A DNA stretch of 64,000 bases, taken from Lingula anatina (taxonomy: Eukaryota > Animalia > Brachiopoda). Of this stretch, positions 12,266 to 27,229 are shown piece after piece. The DNA lies in contig CM120642.1 in NCBI GenBank assembly GCA_051362555.1, positions 18,352,001 to 18,416,000 of the forward strand. Reading direction: 5' to 3'. A program made the translations under genes and the position numbers. The notes under the pieces are model-generated. The model made no database searches and was not told where the DNA came from. It saw only the letters and a list, made by a program, of their open reading frames with translations. Every line of letters begins with the position of its first letter. Position 1 is the first letter of the stretch.

Positions 12266-13754
12266 TTCAAAAGCAATACCAGTTTTTCACTGTGCTTGTT
12301 TTTATATTCATTGTTTGTATTCGATACACGAATATAGGCCAATATACTGATTAAAACAACAACAACAAGTCATCTGTGAAATTATTACATATTATTTACA
12401 TATTACACCACAGTAGCTTACAGTGAATATACAATGAATATGGCGACGAGTTCACACAAATTTTATAAAAAAGATCGTATTGGATAACATTTCGTTCCAA
12501 TGCATTTTCCTAAAAATGACTGACAACATTACATTTCTGTACCAGCACAGGGGCATTGCTTGATGTGAAGTTTTCATTTTAATGGGAAACGAGGACTGAC
12601 TTAAAAGTAAATCCATACACAGCTACCAATCTATTTATGAGGAACACAATATGTTGAAAAGGTATTTGGTAAATGAATCTCAAGTATATAACATTGCACG
12701 CTCGTCTTGCGTTTATTATGTTAAGGAAACATTGCACTAAAACTACCGGCATTTCGTATGAATTTCCCGATGCAGTAGTAAATACGTATTAATTGCCGCC
12801 ATATTTACTCAGAAATATGTATCAATCTATCTGATAGAGAAATCGAAATATGGCGTTGTTGTTCGGTACAGCTTTTCTTGGATTTAGCACAGGGTTTTGT
12901 ATTAGTTAAAAGCAAATCATCTGACAACACAAAGGGCAATGTGCAAATCTATACTGTTCACCATGTAAATAACTTTGTATAGGGATTGATCGCACAGTCT
13001 TTTACATAGGTGCCAAAAGACATTCCTTGCAGTTTGGTTTAAATATCTTAAGAAATAGGGCACACAAAACTGCATGTCTTGGGGCTTCTTATGTGCTTAG
13101 CACATATGTAAGAGGATAAATCTGTCATCTGTATACTATAAATAATGTGGAGCCCCTCATTACGCATTTATCTCTCTAATGAAAAAAGTGACACGTACTT
13201 TGGCAATATACATGTTTGGAACTCCTTATGGTTTTGGACTTTTCAATTAACACTTGGACGATCGCGAGTAAATGATAACATGCAAAAATATTTAATAAAA
13301 ATATAACCCACATTTTACAAATAAAATACAGCTAATATAAAAGCATCATTACTGAAAGAGTTAAGTTATATCTTTTCTGATATACCAGATATCACGATAT
13401 ACAAAAATAAGGGTTAGTACAAAACACCTACTTTAAATATCAAGGAATAAATGTAAAACATATTAACAAAGCATGGACGCATTCTGTTACATCTATTTAT
13501 GCTTTAAGCCGTTGTTACATAATTAGCGTAATGCACTAATAACAACAGAAACAGCAATAACTTAGGTCTTAACACATTATTTTGACTATGAGGCAAGTGT
13601 CACAATGATGCTAATATAAAACGGGTCAGTTAAAACTTCGTCTAAAATATCACCGTAAAGGGGTCGTTCATGACGTAAGCGTGCGTGTGCTTGGCAAAAA
13701 TTATTTCAAACAAAAACATTTTCAATTTTCACATTTACACAATCACCATCCAAG

Positions 13755-16700
13755 TTAATGACTAAAATAAGAATCCTGCATCGAGTAAAGTTTGTCAATG
13801 GGGTTTATGAGTCCCCCATTCCTACTGGTCAAAACATGGTGTTCGTGTGCTTGCTCAGCCAATAGCATTTCATCTAGGTTGTCTAGACTGTTTTCCATTG
13901 ATATTGGCGCCTCGGGACTGTAGATGCTTTCCCCCAATGAGTTCGGTGTATACATAGGACCTGAAGAAGACGCATTTATTTCAGAATATTTCAAACCAAT
14001 TTCCAAATTATTTGTTATATTCCAATTTTACTCAACATGTGTCAAGGAAACGTGTCACTGATTCTCAATCAAACAAAGTCTGTGCTACTTTTTCTTTAAT
14101 GTCCTTTGTCAACCTCAATCCTTTCATAATGATTTCAGTGACAAAGGAGAAAAAAATTGTCATAATTTATAAAAAAACATAATCAATAAAGAATGTTTCA
14201 ACGATAGAATTACTACCACTCCAATATCCAAATATTTCAATGTCTGTAAGCCAGGACCTACATGTATTACTGACAGTAAAATAACATAGTAGATGGAATG
14301 ATTTTCCAGATTACAATATAAAATGGGAGTGGAATTTTTCACATGGACACTGAATTCATAGTATGATATCCATTTCGAAGGTCTATTTTACGCAGGTGAC
14401 CAGTTCTATCAATTATATTTATTTATTGCAACAGCAACTGAACAAATCAAAATATACACTTTAGTATAAAGTAAGACAATCACCTTGATGACCGGGCGGG
14501 GAGTCGTAAGCCCCCATGTGGTTGGTATATGGATTGTCGCCCATTGGAGGAACATCTAAAATAAAACCAATTTTAAGAATACTCCATTTTCAAATCCGTA
14601 AACCCATGTATACTCTAAAACATCTTTGTCCAGCTAACTTTTTTTAAACTGGTCTTAAACTTGGACATACTAACGATATTATGTCCAAGTCTTAAGCTAC
14701 CACATAATTGCATAATAATTGATCGTTCTTTTGATACCATTCTAGTATGTGGTCTGAATGCTTTTTAAAAATCTAATATAGATAAGAAACTAAAAAGTGA
14801 AGGGGGTCAGAATATAAAACTTACTTTGCATGTTGGCTTGGTCAGGCGTCATGGCGTTTATATTGCCCATGTTTTCTGAAAAAGGAAGAAAAGAGTCTCA
14901 CGTGTAATGTACAACCCATGACTATTTCCCCTTTGCTTACCAGATGATCGTACGTCACATCGCTTTGAAATTTATGCTGTTGAAAAGTCACCAATACGAG
15001 GATAATACATCAAAACTTGCGCAAATGACCAGAGAAAATATTTTCCATTGAGACAAAATCAATTGGATGTTGCGGCTCCTGAATAAGACTACTGCATCTC
15101 ACCTGTTCCATTGAGATCATCTTCATCTTTATATTTCCTTTTCTGAGATTTGTTTTGATTCCCCTTGGAGTCTAAGCCGCCACCGCTTGAGTCCTGGTTT
15201 TGACGCCGTGCTATCTTTTTCACCTATTGTAGCAAGAAATCGCATAAATGAGGAACAAAAATAGGACTCACAACAAACATTTCTACTCATCGGTTAAAAA
15301 ATGAACGCTTTGCATTTTACATGTTGAACGTTGTTAGAACTTTCTGCATAGGAAAGTGCAAAGGTGTACACTACTCGACAGTCCGCATGAAAAACCCGCA
15401 GGGACCCGCATAGTAGGTAAGATTAAATTCCGGTGGCACTGTATTTGATGTTGATTTCCTTACCTTGGCCCTTTGGTTCTGAAACCATACTTGGACGACT
15501 CGGACACTCAGGCCTGTCTCCGCCGCCAAGGACTCTCGAACCTGAACGAGATTTTTCGAGATTAACTGACAAGTTTTAGAGAATAAAAATATTGAATACA
15601 ATATCCATGACAGTGGAACTGTTGTTTAGATTTTACTCTGGTGTTATTTTCACAACAAACATTGAGCATATTGTATTACATTGCACTCTTTCTGACTTGC
15701 ACTCTAGATATTTTAACATGTCATAGGAATGGTCAGTTAAATCATTATTAAATTAAAGATAATATCATATGGTTAACAACAAAGCTCACCTTACGACATG
15801 GTTTAGGATTCACCTCAAATGAAGCTTTAAATTTTCTTCGCTGACTTGTAGTGAGAATTGTTCGAGGTCTTTTTGGACCTTTCGTCGTACCACTGTCACT
15901 CTCGTTGTCTTCTAAACTACTGTCTTCTTCGCCTAGAATAAAAATGTTCCTCATCCTCAATAAATGCCTGAGTGCTTGAAATTTAAAGACATCCAATTTG
16001 CTTTAGATCTTTGTAAAACAATAAATGGAAAAAATAAACAAACAAATAAATAAATAAATGAATAAATAAATAAATAAATAAATAAAAAAGATGAATTATA
16101 TTTTATCAACATTATCCCATTCACGAAGTCTGAAAACAATTAACCTCTTTTTTCAAGAAGTAGATGAAAAATACTCTCTATTGCCTCGCAATCACAAATG
16201 TATGGTAACCATTACGTCAACCAATTTGGAGAATAATCATTTCTTACTTTTGGGGCTTAGAGGTAACATTGCAAACTCCTTTTCAAAATCCAGCCTGCAA
16301 AGCAACTGCCCATCCTTCATTACAAATTGCTCTCCTTTTTGTAACTGATGTCCGCAGACGACACAAATAAAACATTGCATGTGGTACACGTGGTCCAGCG
16401 CGCGCATTACTAGACCGTTAGGAGGGATCGGCTGTCGACATCTATTGCACTTGGTACCGTAAAGTCTGGAATTCATAAATAAAGAACATAAAATAAAAAT
16501 AATTTCAAATCTACAGGAAGGGAAGTAAAAGAGGCTGATGAGATATTTTGATTGTCTTCTATGCATGATTTTTGTGTTGATTAGTTTTGTGCTATTCAGT
16601 AGGCTACAGCAGATCGACAAGTCTTAACATAAATTAAAGAAGGGGGGTTAATGTCACCCATACTGGTCGTATATCAAACATATACAAATTCTATCACTGG

Positions 16701-17737
16701 CATATTAGATTTTACGTTTGCTTTAAGATCAATGAGAAGGTGAAATTCATGAAGCACTATAATGTGATCACATACAGTGCCGTAATATATTTAGACGGTA
16801 GAGATAATTGTTCGAAGTGTTCATTCCATTTGGTTATAGAAAAACAAAACAGTTTTGGACTAATTAACCAGTAAACATTGATCTCGAAAAAAATTCATGT
16901 AAAATTATATGATTTCATAGAAAAAATGCATAAATCGTAGCTTACATATAAAAACTGTCATCGCTTTGTAAGTGAAAAACAATGTTGTTTTTTTATAATT
17001 GTTTCGTAACATTTAAACGACAAATTGTGTTTGTTGAGCTGATTGTGTTAGAACACACAAGTCGAGATTTAAAACGGAAGTTTTCCTGCGTGTACCAAAA
17101 CAATAAAACTACGTGATAACTTGCAATTTGACTCATCCCATTTACCATCCTCCAAACCTCTTAATATGACAACTTGACACATGAATGAAACAATGGACTC
17201 CAGATTGCAAACGACATATTAATCATTAAGTGCTTGTTTAATCATAATCTGCGACCCGATGTATCTCTACTGTAATCTGCCAAGATACTATTCCGTTTAT
17301 CATGAACGCTGGGGGAGTCCTACGTTTGCCACAGGTCCCCAGCTAAGAGCTGAGGCATGCCTTTGGGACATTATGCACCAAAAGGTCTCCGGAACTTGTG
17401 ACAAAGTCCTCGTGCTAATCGGCAAAAGGGGTACTTGATTTCTCAAGTAGACGGGTTATGTTTTGCTATTCCTATCTTGTACGTTGAATGATAGTGTCAA
17501 TTTACAGATACTTGTTATGGAAAAAGATGCCATACTAGTTGCTTGTCATGACTATGCGGGGAAAGGATGAAAACCTTTAAGCTTAACTGGTATAGACACA
17601 TTATGTAATTTTTTCAGCTTCATGCCTAACGAGTGATCCGGTTGCAAGGACAGGCATGGAATATTTGCTGTAGACGAAAACATAATATGAAGTAGCCTCC
17701 ATACCTTTGAAATGTTTGGAAATTGCTGTGACATTGT

Positions 17738-17771
<34 letters not shown>

Positions 17772-18139
17772 TGAATGTAAAAGTTTGAGGAAAGCCTAAC
17801 CGCATAACTCTTTTTTTTTTAATCGAACCTCTTTGCAAATCTCAAACGAAGCCATGAAGCAAAATGTGTGAGGTGTTAAATGTAAAATTATCGAACAACT
17901 TGTGTTCTCACTGTAACGACTTGTCCAAAACACCCCAACGAAACAGGCGGTTGCATTGACGTTGAGATGGATTGTGATAATAATTAAATGTTTATTTGGT
18001 TCTCCTGGTGGCTTAACTTCTTGTTTCAAACGGTAGTAAAAATCAATCCCCCTTACTTGTTAAAACAAGCAATATACATTGATTATTGGTATGACAGATA
18101 ATTGAATAAAAGTCAGATTCAAGGTATAAATGGTGTCAC

Positions 18140-18226
<87 letters not shown>

Positions 18227-21200
18227 AAAAAAAAAAAAAACAAATAAAAGAAAAAATAAAGAAAAGAAAAAAGAAAGTAAAATAAATCAAAAATGTCTTT
18301 TGGGGTTATTCAGTGCTCGATGGAGTCAGCCTCACACAAAAGTGGACAAAGCGTTTGTTGTCATGTTTTGAACGTCTTGGTTTGAAGGCCCCCCTAATGA
18401 TGAATAATCGCAATGATGCTACTGCCACACAGGCAGTAGGTGCAATAAGATTAGCCAGAGTGAAAAATAATAATCTTGGGAAACTCCCTGACAAAGCCGT
18501 GGTGAAATCACAAGATTTTACTTATTATCAAACCCTTTCCTGGGCTCGCTGTATTCGTAGGTTGTTCAGAATGTGTATTGGTGGAGGTAAATTTAGGTTT
18601 ATCCTGCTTCTGGGCATGTAACACTGACGTTGGCTACACGGGCGAGCATAGGCAAGATTTCGAAATATGATTCGCCGGTGCGTTTCTCATCATTTTTCAA
18701 TTAAGGTCTATCGATCTTTTACCTGTAAGTGAGCGTTTGTTGACGGGGTTTGACATATTTTGGTCGGAAGAAGGTTATATCGGGAAGCGCCATTAGTGCC
18801 ATTCTATTAGTAGTCTTATGTCATTTGCAGACCAACACGCAGGCCAACCAAAATGGCCTTACAATCAAAAGTTATAATAAACTGACTTGGTAAATAATTT
18901 TATACAAAAATTTCTCACGGAAGGCATCAAGCGTGTACATGTACTGTCAGATTTGTCCCATTATCGCAATTAATCTCACCATTTTTTAAAACTTCTCTTT
19001 GGGTATTTTCACAATATTCCATGTGACGCGACTTTACATTTTCCTACCTCAAACAAACACGTCTAAAGCAAAAATTCAAAAATGCGATTTAATAGACAAT
19101 GTGAACGAATAGTAATACATTTATACCCCCTTATAATATAAGCTATAACTACCATTCTATTTAGGACTACATCTTTGCGATATTAGTCCACACATACTAG
19201 TGTCTGAACTATACATGTAATATAGGCCTACACGTAAAATCAACTCAATTTTTTTCATTTTTCTCATATTTATGTAACCTACGCAGTTTTACCTGTAGAA
19301 CTCAAAAACAAATAACATACATAAAAAAAGAAAATTTGCATCTATTTAAGTCACCCGGTGATAGACGAACGCTATTTGCTTGTCAACATCATTTGCCTCA
19401 TGCGGAGCGCTGAGCCCTCCCTATTTCTAAACAGCTGGTCCCTCTCTACATGCGAACACCATGGCGACAGGCAGAGGGGCAGGCGCTACATACCAGGCTC
19501 GCTATTTATTTTCGGGTTTATCAGAGTTGCCTATCTATTTTGGTCAACAGACTGACAAGTGGTGTTCCAGACTGGGAAAGAGCCGAAAGGAGTCCCGTAC
19601 AGACAATATTCCAATTTGATACCTTGCTTTTTTAAATATATGTGTACGGTATGTGTACGGTCTGTTGTCTCAGCAAATATAGTGTATTTATATCTGTTTT
19701 TATTTTCCATTTAGAAACAAACACTGCATCCGTTTCTACAGCGCCTAAAGAATATTATCTGTTACCATGCACCTATATGAAGTTTTTTTCGTATTATTAT
19801 AAATACGAAACATCGTTCACACTCCGTTAAGATTTGCTTTAGGGTATATGTTGCGTATGTTTACCTTTCTCTAACAGTAACATATTCAAATTCTGGAATT
19901 TGCTATTGTTTTGTTTTTAATTATATGTTCGATATTTTAAAATCATCAATCATTCAAAACAAAATTAAAAAGTAAAGTTGAACATCCAAGTCGACGACAT
20001 TTGTTTTGAAGAAAAAAAAAAGAAGGAAACGAGGATCGGTATACAGTCCACTGTTAATAATTGAATAGTATGTGCAGTCCTGGTTAGGTTCCTTCACTCA
20101 TTTACACAATTAAACTTGAACCAATGGCAGTCTGCCAACTGGTACCACCTCCTTACGAGTCTCATGTGCCAATAACGGGAGATTCCAACGGAGCACAGAG
20201 CGACAGTCAACAGCTGAAATCACGGAGCTTAAAGGGTGGAATTTGAGCCGCTCTGTAGTAACCATCCATCACACGGGATGTCAGAAACACCTTGGTCACC
20301 GTAGAAATCGTTCACTACTCCTGCAATCACTATTGTCTGATCTATCCCCGCGTTCTCAAGGTACCTCCACGGGGCCGCGGGTGGACTTCCAAAGGCCCTA
20401 TCAGGTTATTTTTAATATCTGATCAAACTGTTCTTTATTCCCCACTGCGCAGTACTTCCACTTTACAAAGCATTGGTCTGCTGGGTAAAATGGCAAGGTC
20501 TAGGTAGTTTTATCAAAAAATCTTATCAAGGTGTTCTTTGCTGTCATCAGTGTTGTGTTCGAACGGAACAAAAAAAGAAACCTATTGGCATGCATGCCGC
20601 AGCGTTTGCCGGGTCTCACTTCCCGAGGAGATGTACCCAGATACCCGCTCATCCTGTCTCAAACTAAACCTAAACCAGCTTTTATTTGATAAAGATTAGA
20701 TTACACGAAATAATATATTTCTAGAGCTGTCACCATCTTCTTCCGCTCTGTACAGGGACGAAATTTATGCTACAGTGTTATCCGTGTCACTTATTGACGA
20801 ATTCCCCACGTATGTAGGTCTATGGTTTTCTTAATGGTATACATTATCATCGGTTACATATTCAATTTCTAGTGGGATCTGAAAAATAATTCAATGCCCA
20901 ATCCAGATATTACCTTTGGCACAATTTCTTTACATTTTAAATAGTTATGCAGAGTCTAAGACGCAGTGATGAACTATGATAACTACCTCCATCCATAGAT
21001 GAGGCCATAGTAATACTCAGCTTCTGTCGGGAAGACGCTGTTTAAATATTTCAAAAACGTTTTGTAGTCTGTCTTCAGCCAATGACGGCGAATGACTTGT
21101 GGCTTTTTTTCTTATGTCGTTGACTGGTCTGACTGATAATAATAATCCTCTTACACTTACCCTTAATAATAATTATGAACTGGGCGAGAATCACACTGAA

Positions 21201-23000
21201 AGTACACCGACCAGCTCATCACCAGAAAGAAGGCGATGACACTCAATTTTCTGAAAAAATATTTCTTTATGCATCACTTCACTTCAATAAAAAAAGTTCA
21301 TCAGATAGTTTCACGTTGCTTCATTTTGTTTAATTCAGAAATGCTGTCCCCAAGGTAGCGCTGCTTATGAATCACATCGGCAAATTCACAGAGTCCAAAA
21401 TAAAAATAGCAAGTGCTTCTAAAATTCTGTAATAACACGTGCTTTTATGCAGATATTCACTAAGACTAACGTACTTTTGTCGACTAGTATATTTCGATAT
21501 AAACATGTAACACACAAACACGCTCGAGGACACGAGGACGCGCGCATTAAAGAAGTCAAGTTTTGAACAAATCCAAATCAATCTTATATCATCACTCGAA
21601 ATTGAGTTACATATATACTTATGTTTGGCACTGAATATTATTTACAGACATAATGTTCCCCAGTGCAGTTTTATCACAACACTCGACTAGATACCAACGT
21701 GTGAAAAGATCCCGAGTTTTGACCTGCATAATCAGCCCCATACGCAGTCTTATACGTCACGATTAGATAGCAGCTTTTGCGGCAGGTACAGGTGCCGGTA
21801 TAGGCCGCTTAACAAGGTATTTGCCGTAATAATTTGTTTGTTGACAAATCCTGAAAGGTAGTATTACTGGGCTATAATTTATTGGCTCATTGATATCAAG
21901 CATTGTCTTAAGGCATTATAAGATAAACTAGTAACCCTGAAGTTTACCGTAGAGTGTTAATTGGATGAAGGCTATTCGAATGCAATCTGTATCAATTTGG
22001 TTTTGTGATCGTGTTTGCGGTTACCGAGTTTAAATTTTCGAATACGTCTTTAGAAAGTAAAAAAAAAAGAAGATAGAGCTGAAATGTTTGTATCTTAATA
22101 TGAAAGTCTCCATAAAAAAGTGACACTTTGGTTACACGTGTATCACCCTAAAGCATATAGACTCGCAGATACGGTCAAGTTTATCTGTCAAGATGTTCAA
22201 GAATATTTATGAAGGGTAAATCTTCCGCGGCGCTGTGGTGGAAACTTCACACGACCTCCAAATCACTTCGTCTGTAGAAATCCAATTTATCTCCCCTCCC
22301 TCTCTGGATAACATTGAGCATCTGGGAGCTCCTAAGTCTTGTTTGTTGACGGTCGCTACTGGCGTTCAATGGACCTAATCTAACGCCAAGACATTAAGGT
22401 ATCATCCAGGACCCTCCCGCATATTTATCTTCAGTCTCAGATATCCTGGGATTTACACAGAGAATCATTTAGATTAGAAACGGTCATGTTTTACATGTGT
22501 AAACAACCATTAACCTTTGGCAAATGGCGCGTGGTTGTTTGTGCTCTTGCGTATTGCCTGGAAGCGATAATATCAAAAAGCGAAAAATACTGATATGGTG
22601 GCTTTGATATTGATACGTTTTTTGCACTCAGGGCCATGAAAAAAAAACACAATTTGCCAATTCAAAATTTTTATACGTTTTTTGCGCTCAGGACCTTGAA
22701 AAGGAAAACACTCTTTGCTGATTATTTAGCAAATTGAATAGCTTTTGACATTTTATTTAATTACTCGATTTGGATGACTAGTATATAAAGTGTCTTCTCA
22801 AATGTAATGACACACGGGCTGTAATCAAGAAATGCTGGTATTAAAATTGGTCTATTTATAAGAATTATTGATTAAATAGTTGCGAAAGGCATCAATAAAC
22901 ATTTGGCCAATCAATAATAATAATAATAATAATAATGATAATGTAATTTTACAACTTCGTCAAACCGTCTTATGGCTGTATACAATAATAAATGCAATTT

Positions 23001-23032
<32 letters not shown>

Positions 23033-26000
23033 TATATGATTTCAAAGAGAAAACCAGAGAGAAATTTAACAAAAATTGTTGAGTATAAATGTACTGACTG
23101 CATATTTGAAAACAAAAATGCTTGGCATTCACTGAATGAAATTCAAAACTGTGCATGTTACTTTAAATAGCAGAAGTGTTGGATTTTTTTAGTTTTTCCC
23201 CTAAGTATGCATTTGTAAATTTGGTTTAAATTTTCCGTTTTATTGGGCCAGTGATGAAAATAAGATATCAGTCCATTGCGCAACATAATATAATAATATC
23301 AGTATAAAGATGAGTTTAATTTTCCACACCTCTGTGAGTGTTATCCGACTTGAAACGTATCGAAAAAAATAAGGTTTTGCCAAAGCAATTTAAAACAGCC
23401 TATACAGCAAAATTCCCAAGACGTACCGCCCTCATAATAAAGCTACTCATTTGATGAAAGAACAGAAGAATAAAGTTTTTATCGACAGTGTTCCCGGCTC
23501 GACAGAGGAAGGCTCGTCTCTCTGTCCCCGTTGTTCTGCGCTTAGCAACGGCGGTCAGGAGTGACGAAGACGAAACTTATCAGCCCGGAGCGTCTTGGCA
23601 TGAATATCGATTGCACTTCCGAAGACCATTTTTCAATTCCTTCGCCGTCCAAAGGTGTAAAGGAGTGATAAAGAAAAACGATTTAAAGCCTGACACTCGC
23701 AGGTGGGAGAATTCTCATCGACCCCCTTAATACCAACTCTTCGTTTATGATAAATTAATTGGGAGACATAATTAAACCAAACTAACGCTTAGTTTTAATC
23801 AGTATCCATAAAGACAATTATCACCTACGCATCATTTCGCCACGTTGTTAGAGGATGGTAATTAAAAGAAATGAAGCATCCGAAAGTTATTGCGATTAGT
23901 ATTAAAGAATAATGGCACAGCGGGATGTATGGAGTTTGAGGGTTTTCTACTACTAGAAACTTTTGTAGAAGTTTGGAATTAAGTATAAATGATTAAGATA
24001 TCCAGTGACAAAACAAAACAATGTTTTCCATCTTACCTCTGTTATTAATGATAGATGATTGCAATCTAAGGTAAAGTATCCTCTTCTGTCATTTTTTGGT
24101 CACAATGCGTATTGTACTTCAAATAATTTTATCAAAAACCCAAGGTGTCAGTTCTTCGTAATCATCTACTTGTTAGCATAAATTCTTTTAACCAAGAACC
24201 ATGTTATTGAAAGAAAGTTATTGGAAGAAAAAAATACGTCATCGTTAACAATTATTTTGAGAGTTCATTAATCTGATCGTTTATTAAAAAACGCTTAGCG
24301 TCAGAAAAAACGATAATTCTTTACACTTCTTTTCATGCGTTGCGATTCGATAAAAAAAACAACAATTATTCTGTTGGGATATAAGAGTGAATATGACCGC
24401 CCATGGTTCACGAACACTAACAGCGCATTGTTTTAACTTTTTCGTCGTATATTAATAATGCCATCCTTTTATGCGCTCACTGTTTCTCGTAGGGTGTCGT
24501 AAGCGCACTGCAGATTTTAATCATTCCAAGTGAATGCTGTAGTTTCATTTGCTGTGTATTCATTATCATTTATATCTTTATATGGTAAAAGACCTCATAT
24601 TTATTAGTGTTTCAGTATTTTACATTGCTACTGACAAAAATTACATATGATTATAAACACACAGCAACTGACACTATACAGCAGTCTCCAAAGATTTGTT
24701 TAATATGTGGCCATGATTGTTAAGCATGACCACGGAGATGTTTTATATCCACTTTCGTCAATAAGAATTTTGTTTGTGTTAAAAAGTTCCAGTAGTTTCA
24801 GAGATCATCAAAAGACACTATGAAAATACATTTCACAGATCGCCGTGAGTACTGGCTGGGAACATCTAAAGTGATACTTGTATTAGACCTCAGGAAGTTT
24901 TTAAAAAAGGTATTTTGGAGATATATTTTACCTGAAAAGAACATATATTAAACAATAAAATCCTGGTTTGCCTTGAGAAATCAGATTTATAATTGCTTGA
25001 TAATCACTCAAAACGGAGCTCTCTTGGAAACGTGTGTGTGTGTGTTTTAAAAGTAGTAAATTTTCCTTTAGATAGTTAAGGCTTATCATTTGTAATATAA
25101 TATATATATAAGAGAAAATGTATAACTACAGGGCCCTCCGTTTTCAAAACTAATTTCAAGCCAGGATTTTAAAAGTCATTATTGCTCCTATTTTTTAAAA
25201 TACTTTTTGAAATAACGCTTTCTTTTCATATTCATATTTTTGGCTTTTTATTTCGTCATCGAGCTTTCGAATTTCTCAATATCCGTCAACAGCGTGACAA
25301 AATTGAGGCAGCGTTTGCATATGTAAGACATTTTGACATTAGAAATGTTTCATAATACTTTCATTATCGTATGTTAAGCGTTTTTATTTCTGGCACTATG
25401 GTAATATATCACCCTTAAAGAACATTATTTCTTGCTCTGTCCACTATGAAGGCAATCAAGTTAAATTAATGGCTAACAAACCTTTGTTTGAAAATACGCT
25501 CTTATCTTACATTTCCTGTTTTTGACATCTCATTGTCCATACTGAACGCATTTTCTGCTTCTTAACTTGCACCAAACTTGACCGGGACTGAATGATTGTC
25601 ATCTAAAATTTACTCGACATCCCAAGTTATAAAGTCATGCATTGTTCATATATTGTCAAATTATTATTAGATAATGAGATGACATAAATCTTATCAATAC
25701 AAACGTATGAATTAAAAATGCAGTGATTTGTTAAGAAAAATACGAGACTTTGCGGGAAACGAAAAACTCCTCAGATGTTGTAAAGTTGTCAAGACACCGC
25801 ACTTTGCACCCCGAGAAAACTGCCACGTCCTGCGCGGCGTACAGCTTTCTCAGAAGCGATAATTTCTCCAAGAAACACACCTTTGTTGTTTCTTTTCTCT
25901 CGGCAAATCGTCGTAAACTCACAGCCAAACATAAGAAAGCATTGCCTCTGCGGCTTTCATCCCGCGAGAAGAGCCCATTCATCACGACTAATCACCAATT

Positions 26001-27172
26001 GCGCAGATTGAATGTCGGGGCTTTCAATTGGAATTTTATGAATTGTTCTTGTCTCTGACGCTGGCATTATTCATTACAAGGCCCAATTAGAAGCAAAACG
26101 ATTATGATTTTCCTCTTCTGTCCTTTGATGTTTGCAGACTTAGATGAAAACGTCGATATTTCGCGACCCCGTCTGCATGACGGCATGCCAGAAGCATGTA
26201 TTTAGGCGCTTACTTCATGCCGCTAAACCATGGTCTTCTTCCCCATATTTTCTGCTTTTTGTCATTTAAGATAATTTTCCCATCATATCAATCCATGCTC
26301 TGTCTATTTACTATTGTTTTTGACTTGCGCAGTAAAGATGCGTAGAATATAAGTGTGATAAAATTATCAAAATATTTGCGGTTTTTATCTGTGTCAACGA
26401 TAAGTCATGTTTGGAAATAGTTTACTTCTCTAGCTACAATTATTACACATGTGATACGCATTTAAATGTGAAAACCGATTGAAATTCAATGAATGATATT
26501 GATTTTATTGCAACATAACAATAATTTTGGTTGGTTAACCAGAGTTATATGTCTCAAAATATTTTCCATATTTTATAAACAAAATTAAAATTATTCTTTA
26601 CAGGAACAAGTCTATTATTTTTTTTTTTCAGTATTATATAATGTAAAGAAAATAGTCTTTTTTTTTCATGACATGGTTTGTTTATGTAAAGGTATAAATA
26701 TTTAAAAATCAAAAACGTATGAATTTATCGGCCTTAATGAAACTTGACGGATTAAAACGACGCTGAGAACTCTCCAGCCATCTTGTTCGTTATGAAGCGT
26801 TAGTCTGCCCTGTTACTGCAATATACGACAAGAAAAGAACCGCCGTATATTCGAGCGAACATTGTATTGAAACATTTTTTCAAAGATGACCACCTATTAA
26901 GATGTGATAAAAAGTGATTAAATTGTCTACAGGGCAAAACTACTTCTTTTCATTTTTTTTTTCATCAAAATTTGAAGTTTTATAAGTTGGGAAAAGTAAT
27001 TAAGAATTTGCCTTTGAGGGCCCTCTTTTGCCGTCCGCTTGTTAAAAAAGACCATGAAAAGTCAAAGCTTAAAGAATTGAAGAAGTATACACATCAACCC
27101 ACGTGCCCAGACTCACACAAACATCACAACAAGCAGTGATTATGAAATAAAAGAATCATAGCTCCAATCACA

Positions 27173-27229
<57 letters not shown>

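Noticed and set aside
12300-13754. SECIS element in the Lmx1 3'UTR that would recode the upstream TGA
   Set aside because: The ATGA candidate I examined (~13670) lacks the apical AA and proper helix. This was not an exhaustive search; SECISearch would be decisive.
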